Positions 12,911 to 23,269 of a stretch of DNA of 64,000 nt are shown piece after piece; position 1 is the first letter of the stretch, and every line of letters starts with the position of its first letter. A program made the position numbers and the translations under genes. The stretch spans positions 352,336 to 416,335 of the forward strand of contig NIVC01000894.1 in the NCBI GenBank assembly GCA_002269645.1, given 5' to 3'. This DNA is from Macrostomum lignano (lineage: Eukaryota). The notes under the pieces were generated by a model that ran no database searches, was not told where the DNA came from, and was given only the letters and a program-made list of their open reading frames with translations.

Positions 12911-14182
12911 CGAGGCCAACTCCTCCTCTGGAGGAGAAAGGGGAAGAATTCCCATCACCGGAACTCCATTCCCTGAAATGCCATTCCCTGAATCCCATCA
13001 TCCAACTCCTCTCCGCGAAACTGAACATCATCGAAATCCTCTCCGTAATAGATAACTCCATCAAAAACCTCTCCGTGAAACTGACATTCATCAAAATCCT
13101 CTCCGAGAAACAGAAATCCTCTCCGTTAAACTGGACTTTATGGAAATCCTCTGCGTGAAACTGAAATCCATCAAAATCGTCTCCGCGAAACAGAAATTCT
13201 CTCCTTAAAACTGGACTGAATCGAAATTTTCTCCGTCAAAAAGAATCAACACTCAGGATTTAGTGGTTAGGGTTAGGGTTAGGGTTAGAGCTACAACGCA
13301 GCAGCGTGTTGAAAGGCGCCGATAAAAAATTGAACCAATTAAATTCATTGAATGCGCAACCGATTTCACAGTCAGTCAGTATCAGTCTCGGTAAAAGTTA
13401 ACAAAAAGATTGCGCAAACTAAATCAACCCTTCAATACACAGCGACTGACCCCCTTCCGCAGTGGCAATTAAAAGTTGAACCGCCCCTCCCCTCCCACCA
13501 ACTGTTGGGGGGTTGGTCGAACCCCCATTGAACTCCAAAATGAGTACACTGCAGAAAGTTAAAAGTATGGAAATCGTTTTTTAAATGCTGTGCTTTTTGT
13601 TTTCACATTTAAAGCAAACAACTTATATCCTCGAAGTCTGCATTGAAAGATCTTTCCAGCAATATAAGTCTCTTCTCTCAGAGTTCAAAACTCGAGGAAC
13701 AGTTGGCGTTTGAAATATCCCAATTTAAAGCATTGAACTATCGAGTGTACGCATGCGTGCACTGCCTGCTAAAAAGGCTTGCAAGTTTATTCATTAAATT
13801 CCACTGCCGCCCCAGCACCCTCAACACAGAGGGGTTTGGTTAAGTTCTCAGTGCACACAGTTGTGGCGCAATCGCTAAAAATTGATGTCAACCGGCCCAG
13901 CTTACACTCCTTCAGCTGAAAGAATACACTGCACAGATAGGCCAGCTGTTGTGGCGCAATCATTGCAAATTACGCAAGATGGGCATATTCCCCTATTGTT
14001 CTACGATTTCTGCTTTTTTAGGGATCTTAAAATTTGAAAATAAAAAATTGAAATAGCCCACTGCCATCCTCGGAAAATTTGCAGTGTTCCCATATAAGTT
14101 TCAACGCTGACTTGCAAGTCGTCTAGGAGGAGATATGTATCACACAAACAGACAAACAACGCACCAACTTTAGTATTAACGA
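12911..14182 (-). mobile_element. Non-autonomous Helitron-like family 2, copy 1
   Basis: Minus-strand 5' TCGTTAATACTAAAG. 3' hairpin CTCCTCC-TCT-GGAGGAG (plus 12920-12936) 5 nt from terminal CTCG. Contains a degenerate AAATCCTCTCCGTGAAACTG repeat and (TTAGGG)n at 13265-13288. Confidence 0.75.
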
Positions 14183-15398
14183 GGCCAACTCCTCCTTCGG
14201 AGAAGAAAGGGGAAGAACTCCAATCAGCGGAATTCCATTCCCTGAACTCCATCAGCGGAATCCCATTTTCCAACACCTCTCCGCGCAACAGAAATCGTCT
14301 CCGTGAAACTGAACACTATCGAAATCCTCTCCGTGAAACTGAACACCATCGAAATATTCTCCGCGAAATAGAAATCCTCTCCGTGAAACTGGACTAAATC
14401 GAAATTTCTACGTCAAACAGCCCAGCTCTCAGAATTCATTGGTTAAGGTTAGGGTTAGGGTTAGAGCTACACACAGCTGCGTGTTGAAAGACGCCGTAAA
14501 AACATTGAACCAATTAAATTGCGCAACTTATTTCTCAGGCAGTCAGTATCAGCCTCAGTTAAAGTTAACAAAAAGATTGCGCAATCTAAATCAACCCTCA
14601 AATACACAGCAACCGACCCCCCTTCCAATACGCAGTGCAGCTAGAAATTGAACCCCCCCCCTCACCAACTATTGGGGGGTCGGTCGAACCCCCATTGAAC
14701 TCCAAAATGAGAACAATCTTTGCAGAAAGCTAAAAGTATGAAAATCTTTTCTTGAATGCTGTGAATTTAATTTTCATATTTAAAGCAAAAAACTTATATC
14801 CCCGAACTCAGTGTTGCAAGATCTTTCCAGCAATATAAGTCTATTCTTTTAAAGTTTAGAACTCGAGCAACAGTTAGCGTTTGAAATGTCCCGATTTAAA
14901 GCATTGAAGTATCGAGTGTACGTTCACCTGCCTGCTAAAAAGGCTCGCATGTTGATGCATTGAATTTCAGTGTGCAAAAAATACACCGGGCTGCCTAATT
15001 GAAAATCAGAGCACGTATCGTTGCGCAATTGTCTATACAGTCAGCCCGTGCGCCAAGGTCCAAGTGTACACACGCCGCCACTGAGAACGCGAGCACCCCC
15101 ACTGGAGAGAAAATACACTGCAGAGATAGGAGAAAGTTATGGCGCAATCGCTCAAAATTCATGCAAATTTTTAGCTCCAAGCAGAAAGAGGGGACAAATA
15201 AGATGATCAAAGGTCAAGATTGCAGTTTTTTGCTTTTTTCGGGATCTTAAAATGTAAAAATAAAAAATTGAAATAGCCCACTGCCATCCTCGGAAAATTT
15301 GCAGTTTTCCCATATAAGTTTCGACGCTGACTTGCAAGTCGTCTAGGAGGAGATATGTATCACACAGACAAACAACGCACCAGTTTTAGTATTAACGA
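14180..15398 (-). mobile_element. Helitron-like family 2, copy 2
   Basis: Colinear with copy 1; (TTAGGG)n at 14441-14464; 5' TCG at 15398. Confidence 0.75.
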
Positions 15399-16730
15399 CG
15401 AGGCCAAATCCTCCGCTGGAGGAGAAAGGGGAAGAACTCCCATCACCGGAATTCCATTCCCTGAAATCCACCAACTGAATCCCATCATCCAACTCCTCAC
15501 CGCAAAACTGAACACCATCGAAATCCTCTCCGCGAAACAGAAATCCTCTCCGGGAAACTGAACTCCAAGGAAATCCTCTGCGTGAAACTAAAATCCATCA
15601 AAATTGTCTCCGTAAAACAGAAATACATCAAAATTCTCTCCACGAAACAGAAATCCTCTCCGTGAAACTGAAAACCATCGAAATCCTCTCCGCAAGACAG
15701 AAATCCTCTCCAAGAAACTGAAAACCATTGAAATTCTCTCCGTGAAACTGGACTCAATCGAAATTTTCTCCGTCAAAGGGAGTAAACTCCCAGGATTCAA
15801 TGGTTAGGGTTAGGGTTAGGGTTAGGGTTAGAGCTACACACAGCAGCGTGTTGAAAGGCGCCAATAAAAAAATTGAACCAATGAATCAGTTGAATGCGCA
15901 ACCAATTTCATAGTCATTCAGTATCAGTCTCGGTAAAATTAGGAAAAAAAATTGCGCAATCTAAATCAACCCTCCAATACACAGCGACCGACCCCTTCCA
16001 ATACGCAGTGAAGGTTAGAAATTCAACCCCCCCCCCCCTAACTGTTGGGGTGTCGGTCGAACCCCCATTGAACCCGTAAAATGAGTACAAACTTTGCAGA
16101 GAGTTAAAAGTATTGAAATATCGTCTTTGCTTTTGCTTTGCTTTTTGCTTTCATATTTAAAGCAAACAACTTATATCCTCGAAGTCAGCATTGAAAGATC
16201 TTTCCAGCAATATAAGTCTCTTCTCTCAGAGTTCAAAACTCGAGGAACAGTTGGCGTTTGAAATATCCAAATTTAAAGCATTGAACTATCGAGTGCACGC
16301 ATACGTGCACTGCCTGCTAAAAAGGCTTGCAAGTTTATTCATTGAATTCCACTGCCGCCCCAGCACCCTCAACACAGGGGGGTTTGGTTAAGTTCTCAGT
16401 GCACACAGTTGTGGCGCAATCGCTAAAAATTAATGTCAACCGGCCCAGCTTACACCCCTTCAGCTGAAAGAATACACTGCACAGATAGGCCGGCTGTTGT
16501 GGCGCAATAATTGTAAATTACGCAAGATGTTCATATTCCCCTATTGTTTTACTACTTCTGCTTTTTTAGGGATCTTAAGACGTGAAAATAAAAAATTGAA
16601 ATAGTCCACTGCCATCCTCAGAAAACTTGCAGTTTTCCCATATAAGTTTCAACGCTGACTTGCAAGTCGTCTAGGAGGAGATGTGTATCACACAAACAGA
16701 CAAACAACGCACCAACTTTAGTATTAACGA
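15399..16730 (-). mobile_element. Helitron-like family 2, copy 3
   Basis: Colinear with copy 1; (TTAGGG)n at 15802-15831. Confidence 0.75.
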
Positions 16731-19514
16731 GGCCAACTCCTCCTTCGGAGGAGAAAGGGGAAGAACTCCCATCACCGGAATTCCATTCCCTGAAATATCC
16801 ATCAACTGAAATTCCATGTCTTGAACCCTATCTTCCAAATCGTCTCCAAATTCTTTACAAAATCTTTGAAAGACCATAGCTCAAAGACTCTCACGTCTCT
16901 CATATCTCCTCTCTCTTCTATTCGCTATTATCGTGACTCTCTTCTCTCTCCTCTCTCTCATCTCATCTCTACCCCTACTCCCTTATTTATCTCTTCTCCC
17001 TCGTCTTTCGTTTGTACCCTCTCCTGTCTCTTGTCTCCTCTCTTCTCTCATATCTCTCCTCTTCACTTCTGTCTCCTGTCTCCTCTCTTCTCTCTTATCT
17101 CTCCCTCTTCTCTCCTCTCTCATATGTCATCTCTTCTTACTTATCTATCGTCTCTCTTAACCCTCTCTCTCTTCTCTTTTCTCTCCTATCTGCTTCTCAT
17201 TTCTCATATCTCATATACGCTCTCACACTCTACTTTCTTGTCTCCCATCTTTCTTTCCTCCTTACCACTATCCCCTATCTCTTCTCTTCTCTCTTTTCTA
17301 TCCTCTCCATTCTCTCTTCTCTCCTCTCCTTTCTCATTTCATCTTCTCCCCTCTCTTCTCTAATCTCTAATCTCTTCTCTCTTATGTTCTCACTCATCTC
17401 TTTTCTCATCGCATCTCTCATTTCTCCCCTCTTTTCTCCTCTCTTCTCTCTCCCCTCCTCTCTCATCTCTCATCCCTCATCTCACTCCTTCTTTCTCCTC
17501 TACTCTCCCCTCTTTTCTATTACCTCTGTACGCTCTTATCCCTCATCTCTATTCTCTCTCCTATCATCTCTCTTGTCTCCCTCTGCTATCTCATATCTCC
17601 CCTCTCGTCTCCTCTCTCCTCTTCTCTTCTCTCTCCTTCGTTCCCGCCTTACTCCCCTCTTTTCTCCCATCTGTCATGTCTAATCTCTCGTCTCATTTCT
17701 ACTCTGTTTTCTATCATCTCATCTCTCTTCTCTTTTCATTCTTCTCTTTACTCTCTTCTCTGACTGACTGAAGATGCCAAATCCATCAAAATCCTCTCCG
17801 CAAAGCAGAAATCCTGTCCGTTCAAATGAAAACCATCGAAATCCTCTCCATGAAACTGGACTCCTTCGAAATCCTCTCATTGAAACTTAAATCCATCAAA
17901 TCGTCTCGATAAAACAGAAATCAATCATAAATTATCTCCGCGAAACAGAAATCCTCACTGTGAAGATGAACGTGATCGAAATCCTCTCCGTGAAACTGAA
18001 CACCATCGAAATCCTCTCCACGAAACAGAAATTCTCTCCGTCAAAATTAAAACATTGAAATCGTCTCCGCTAAACTGGACTCAATCGAATTTTTTCCGTC
18101 AAACAACTCAACTCTCCGGATTCATTGGTTAGGGTTAGGGTTAGGGTTAGGGTTAGAACTATACGCACAGCTTCGTGTTAAAAGGCACTGATAAAAATAT
18201 TGAACTAATTGAATCAATTCATTGCGCAACCGATTTCACAGTCAGTCAGTATCAGTCTCAGTTAAAGTTAACAAAAACATTGCGCAATCTAAATCAACCC
18301 TCCAATACACAGCAGCAGTGAGAAGTTGAACCCTCCCCCAACTTTATCTATTACGTCTCGCAAAACTGAGTACAATTTTTGCAGAAAGTTAAAAGTATGG
18401 AAATAGTTTTTCAAATGCTGTGCATTTTCTTTTCATATTTAAAGCAAACAACTTATATTCCCGAACTCAGCGTTGCAAGATCTTTCCAGCAATATAAGTT
18501 TCTCCTCTCAAAGTTTAAAACTCGAGGAACAGTTAGCGTTTGAAATTTACCGATTTCCCGACTGCTTGCTAGAGAAGCTCGCAAGTTTATTCATTGAAAT
18601 TCACTGCCCAGCTAATACACAGGGCCGATAATAAAACCAATTGAATCTCGGCACAGTTCTATCTTTTTAAAACAGCTATGTACACTCAGCCCAAGCCCAA
18701 CCCCCCCCGTTTCGGGGGAATCATTAAATTTAACTCAACCCCTCAACTAAAATCTTCCTACAATCTTTGCAGGAAGTTAAAAGTATGGAAATCGTTTTTT
18801 GAATCCCGCGCTTTTAGTTTTCATATTTAAAGCAAACAATTTATATCCCCGAACTCAGCGTTGCAAGTTCTTTCCAGCAATATAAGTCTCTCCTCTCAAA
18901 GTTAAAAAATCCAGCAACAGTCTGAGTTTGAAATTTGCCGATTTATAAGCATTGCAATATTGAGTGTACGTTCATACGTTCACTGCCTGCTAAAGAGGCC
19001 CGCAAGTTTATTCATTGAATTTCACTGTCTAACCAATGCACAGGGCAGTCAATTGAAAGGTGCTGATAATAAAACCAATTGAATCTCAGCACAATAGCCA
19101 TATAATTGCGCTTACTTACCCACCACCCCACGAAATACACACAGTTCAATTTTTCAGCCGGGGTCCGCTTGTACACACGCTGCCACTGAGAACGCGACCA
19201 ACCCCCACTGGCGAGAAAATACACTACAGAGATAGGAGAAAGTTGTGGCGCAATCGCTCAAAATCATGCAAATTTTCGGCTCCGAGCAGAAAAAGTGTCC
19301 AGAGAAGGTTAGGAAATCAGTTTTCTGCTTTTTTAGGGATCTTAAAATGTGAAAATAAAAAATTGAAATAGCCCACTGCAGTCCCCGGAAAATTTGCAGT
19401 TTCCCCATATAAGTTTCAACGCTGACTTGCAAGTATTCTAGGAGGAGTTATGCAACACACAAACAAACAGACAAACAAACAAACAATCATCGCACCAACT
19501 TTAGTATTAGGAGA
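16728..19514 (-). mobile_element. Helitron-like family 2, copy 4 (expanded)
   Basis: Same termini (5' TCTCCTAATACTAAAG). Contains a CT-rich insertion, (TTAGGG)n at 18127-18156 and an internal ~390-bp duplication (about 18380 vs 18770). Confidence 0.7.
16880..17760. repeat. CT-rich (polypyrimidine) low-complexity tract
   Basis: About 880 bp almost entirely C/T on plus; present only in family-2 copy 4. Confidence 0.9.
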
Positions 19515-19639
19515 TTTTGTGTACCTGCGCACCATCAATACGCATCGAATGCAGAAAACCCCACGAAATTCCGACCATGTAGAGTGAAGTTAAGCGAAGG
19601 TTCCTATAGGTACATAGTTTTGATTTTTAGTATATTGGA
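19515..19639 (-). mobile_element. Short Helitron 5' fragment (subfamily 3)
   Basis: Minus 5' TCCAATATACTAAAAATCAAAAACTATGTACC; same end on the plus strand at 46860. No 3' hairpin or CTAG. Confidence 0.55.
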
Positions 19640-19779
19640 TTAGCCAATATGCATGTACCGTCCCGGGAAAATTTCTGATCGAATGGTGCAAGTTTGAAGA
19701 AAATCGGTTGAGCCGTTCGGGAGAAAATCAATTACAAGCAAGCAACCAAGCATTTCATTTTTAGTATATTAGAAGAAGA
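19640..19779 (-). mobile_element. Helitron subfamily 1b 5' fragment, outer end of the train
   Basis: Near-identical to 6775-6906. Minus-strand flank reads A|TCTTCTTCTAATATAC. Confidence 0.7.
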
Positions 19780-20008
19780 TCTAGCATTTCAAATTAAATT
19801 ATGATATGATTAATTTATTTAAAATTTGGCGCTAAACTAACAAAGCATGCATTGTAATAACAAACAGAAACATGTTCGTTCTTATAAAGAAAGACAAAAT
19901 TAACTCCTATGGTCAAATATCAGAAAAGAAAGCTATTGAAATAAAAATCATAGATATTATAAGTTAAGAATTACAGTCGTCAAGGTATGCCATTTACTCA
20001 ATTTTGAC

Positions 20009-21540
20009 TCAATTCTCAGCCAGATGAGGCAACAAGTCGGCAACCGACTCGGCCGCACAGTTAGGCTTGAGCTCTGAGTTTGCTTCGCTTAAGTCTAGCA
20101 GATCCGCCGGTTTAGTGCAGCCGGTCATCACACATACTGTGTCCATGCCGTGCCGACGACCGAATGCGATGTCCGTGTCGAGACGATCGCCGACCATAAG
20201 CCACTGGGACAGCGGGGGCGGCTGCTGGTCCGGCCGGGCCTCCGTCATGAGCTGCACGGCATAGTCCAGCATGGGCCGGTGTGGCTTCCCCATCACGGCT
20301 GCCGGCTGCTGCTGGGTGGCAACGCACAGAGCCGAGAGCATGGCTCCGGTGCCCGGCAGGCGCACTGGCACAGTTGGCGACGGCTGTCCAGATGGCAGGA
20401 AGGCGTCCTCGTTACTGCGAGGAACAGTGCGCCGGCTGAGACGTAGCTGCAGGCTTTGAGCAGCTTCAGGTAGTTGAATCTGGTGTCCAGGGCCAGCAGA
20501 ACGCAGGAGACGTCGTTGCGAAGCGGGGCGTCGCCGAATTGCTCAACGCCCTGGGTGACGGGCGGTTGATGAGTCAATGACGGGTGGTTGATGAGTCAAT
20601 GACGGGTGGTTGATGAGTCAATGACGGGTGGTTGATGAGTCAATGACGGGCGGTTGATGAGTCAATGACGGGTGGTTGATGAGTCAATGACGGGTGGTTG
20701 ATGAGTCAATGACGGGTGGTTGATGAGTCAATGACGGGCGGTTGATGAGTCAATGACGGGTGGTTGATGAGTCAATGACGGGTGGTTGATGAGTCAATGA
20801 CGGGTGGTTGATGAGTCAATGACGGTCAGTTGATGAGTCAATGACGGGTGGCTGATGAGTCAATGACGGGCGGTTGATGAGTTTAAATAGTTTGGACCTC
20901 CATCAATCAGAGGAGACCAATATTTGAGATTGTTACAGAACTTACACTACCATATGCAGATTATTTAACTCACTCACCTGATCGTGCACCGCGGTGTCGT
21001 CATCCTCGCGAAATCCGCAGCATTTGATGCCGTGCAATTCCAATTCATCCTGAATGAAAAAAACACGGGTTGTGGGTTGTAAAATTGTAAAGTCAACTAT
21101 TTATGCTATGATAACGTTATGATTGGAAAACTATAGCATAGAAAGTAGTGAGTGAGGCCTTCTGATACAGAAAAAGTGCGAACGAAAATTCCACCCACCT
21201 GCAATCCTTGACTTCCAATAACGTAGGTAACGCCGGGCAGCTTCAGCTTGCTGATGTACCCAGCAGCCACGGCGGCGGTGCACACGATGTCGGCCTCTTC
21301 AATCGGCAGCTCCAGCTTGCGACACTTTGCCACATATTGCGCCCTTGACTTGGAGCTGTTGTTGGTGACAAGAAACACCTGCCTGCCGAGTTGCTTCAGG
21401 CGAGTTAGCAGGTCCTTGGCACCTGGCACCAGGGTGTTCTCGTTCCAGATGACGCCATCGCAGTCGAATAAAAATACTCGCTTTGTTGACATCAGGCGGG
21501 CAACGTCTGCTGCACTGCTCAAGTAGCTTTTGGTTGTCAT
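20009..21540 (-). CDS. PGP: HAD subclass IIA phosphatase (phosphoglycolate/pyridoxal phosphatase-like), 3 exons, apparent 1-nt frameshift in exon 3
   Basis: Exons 21540-21199, 21049-20978 and 20550-20009 with phase-0 GT-AG junctions. Motifs FDCDGV, TNNS, GKP and GDRLDTD. Total 956 nt; adding 1 nt near 20414-20418 restores FLA(S)NED and gives 318 aa. Confidence 0.85.
20556..20882. repeat. 22-bp minisatellite (GACGGGTGGTTGATGAGTCAAT) in PGP intron 2
   Basis: About 15 units; 14 contain a perfect TGAGTCA. Confidence 0.95.
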
Positions 21541-22293
21541 TTTCTGAAATTAAGTATTTGACAATTTGATCAGAGAAATATTTTCACAGGTAATCAACAA
21601 TTGAACATAGCTTAAATAACAAGTGTCATCAGATGTCAACAAAATGTGATAGGAATAAAACTAATGGCCGATAAATAAAACTAAATCCACAGCAAATCCC
21701 ATTCCTAAAAGCTCTTCCACCAGGAAGTAAATAATGATAGCAATAGCCTTTATCTGTCACTTATCAAGAATGTCTCAATGATCTTTTAAACCTTAGTTGT
21801 TGAATGGCCAATATTAATCGATTTGGGAAATATATGTCTTGTAAACATGTCTATATCCATATATTCTGTATAAAACCTTCACTATCTATAACTCCCCAAA
21901 GCCATACCTATAGCTGCATTGAAGAACTACTCAATATTCTAAGTATATAAATTTATGGGGGATCAAATATTATTACAATTTCCAATCCCTAGGCATTTGA
22001 AAGGCTATAAGGTCATGAAAATTAAATTGAAGCTACTCTTCTTTTTATCACTCTTAGTCTATGTGACTAGCAATCTACGCCCCCCGTTGGGGAGCCAAAG
22101 AAATGCAATACACGTTTTTTTAATAAGCTACATGTATCCTTCAAATATTAAAAAATCTCCTGTCAAACCTTGTAAGCCTTGACATGTCAGTAATTCCCTC
22201 CCCCCCACAAGCTTTAACATATCAACTTCCCCCCTTGACATCTCAGCAATGCCCTCAATAAGCCTTGGAAATCTAAAAATATCTGTCAACCTT

Positions 22294-22355
22294 CTAACCC
22301 TAACCCTAGCCTAACCCTAACCCTAACCCTAACCCTAACCCTAACCTAACCCTAA
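22294..22355. repeat. (CCCTAA)n tract inside Helitron copy c
   Basis: Direct reading. Confidence 0.92.
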
Positions 22356-23269
22356 AGCATTGAAATTTCAGTAATTCTCTCTAAGAGTCATTATAGCACT
22401 ACTATAGCATTGTAGGGATTCCCTGCAAGCCTTGACATCGTAGGGATTCCCAAATGAATCTCTTAACTTCAACATGAAGCTTCTTTTATTTTTTACATTA
22501 CGCTTTTTTATCAGCGATCCCTCCCCTAAGGAGGCATCAAATAATGTAATAAAAAGTTTTCAATAAACTACATGTAGCTTCTGACTTTAGCCTTGAAATC
22601 TTATTTATACCCCCGTGAGCCTTGACATCTCAGCTATTCCCCCCGTAAGCCTTAACATGTCAGCAGTGGCCCCCATAAACCTTGAAATCTAAAAAATCCC
22701 CTGTTATTCTGTTAACCTTGAAACCCGATAAAATATAACCCTCAACCTACACCTGACCTAAACCTAACTTTAACCCAACCTAAAGCCTTGAAATCTCAGC
22801 AATTCTTCTCCCCTAAGCCTTGACATTTTAGTGATTCCTTCTTTAAGAATCACAGCACTATAACGATTTCCACCAAGCTTTGACATCGTAGCAATTCCCA
22901 AATGAATCTTTTAACTTCGACATGACTTTTCTTTTATGTATACGTAGTGCTACTTTTATTTTTTACATGACTCTTCTTCTATCAGCGCCCCCCCCGTGGC
23001 GAGCCAACAAAGAATGCAATAAAAAAATTGAGTAAAGTACATGAACTTTGAAGTAGCTTCTGACTTTTGCTTTGACATCTCAGAAACCCCCCCCCGTAAT
23101 CTCAGTTATTCTCTGAGAGCCTTTACGTCTCAGTTTTTCTCCCCAGCACAGCATTATAGCTGCATTTAATTTTTACATGACACCCTTCATGTCTGACATG
23201 ACGCTTCTTTTATTCTACCATGATGCTTCTTAATTTTTTAAATGAAACTTTCATTAGTTTTTAAATGAG

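Noticed and set aside
13508-13526. Internal hairpin GGGGGTT-GGTCG-AACCCCC in family 2
   Set aside because: The stem degrades without compensation in copies 2 and 3 and is absent in copy 4, so there is no evidence of selection.
16821-17683. Ser/Leu-rich ORFs of 180-223 aa
   Set aside because: An artefact of a C/T-only tract, which cannot encode stop codons.
20384-20415. A 32-nt GT-AG intron that would restore the PGP frame
   Set aside because: It is very short and would delete the conserved N-x-D cap residues. A 1-nt loss is more parsimonious.
20850-20872. Hammerhead-like CTGATGA-GTC-AAT-GAC
   Set aside because: The required GAAA after stem II is absent (GGGC/GGGT), and only one unit has CTGATGA.
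7131-22355. Telomeric repeats as a chromosome end or fusion scar
   Set aside because: The tracts are short (25-60 bp) and occur at fixed positions inside dispersed elements.
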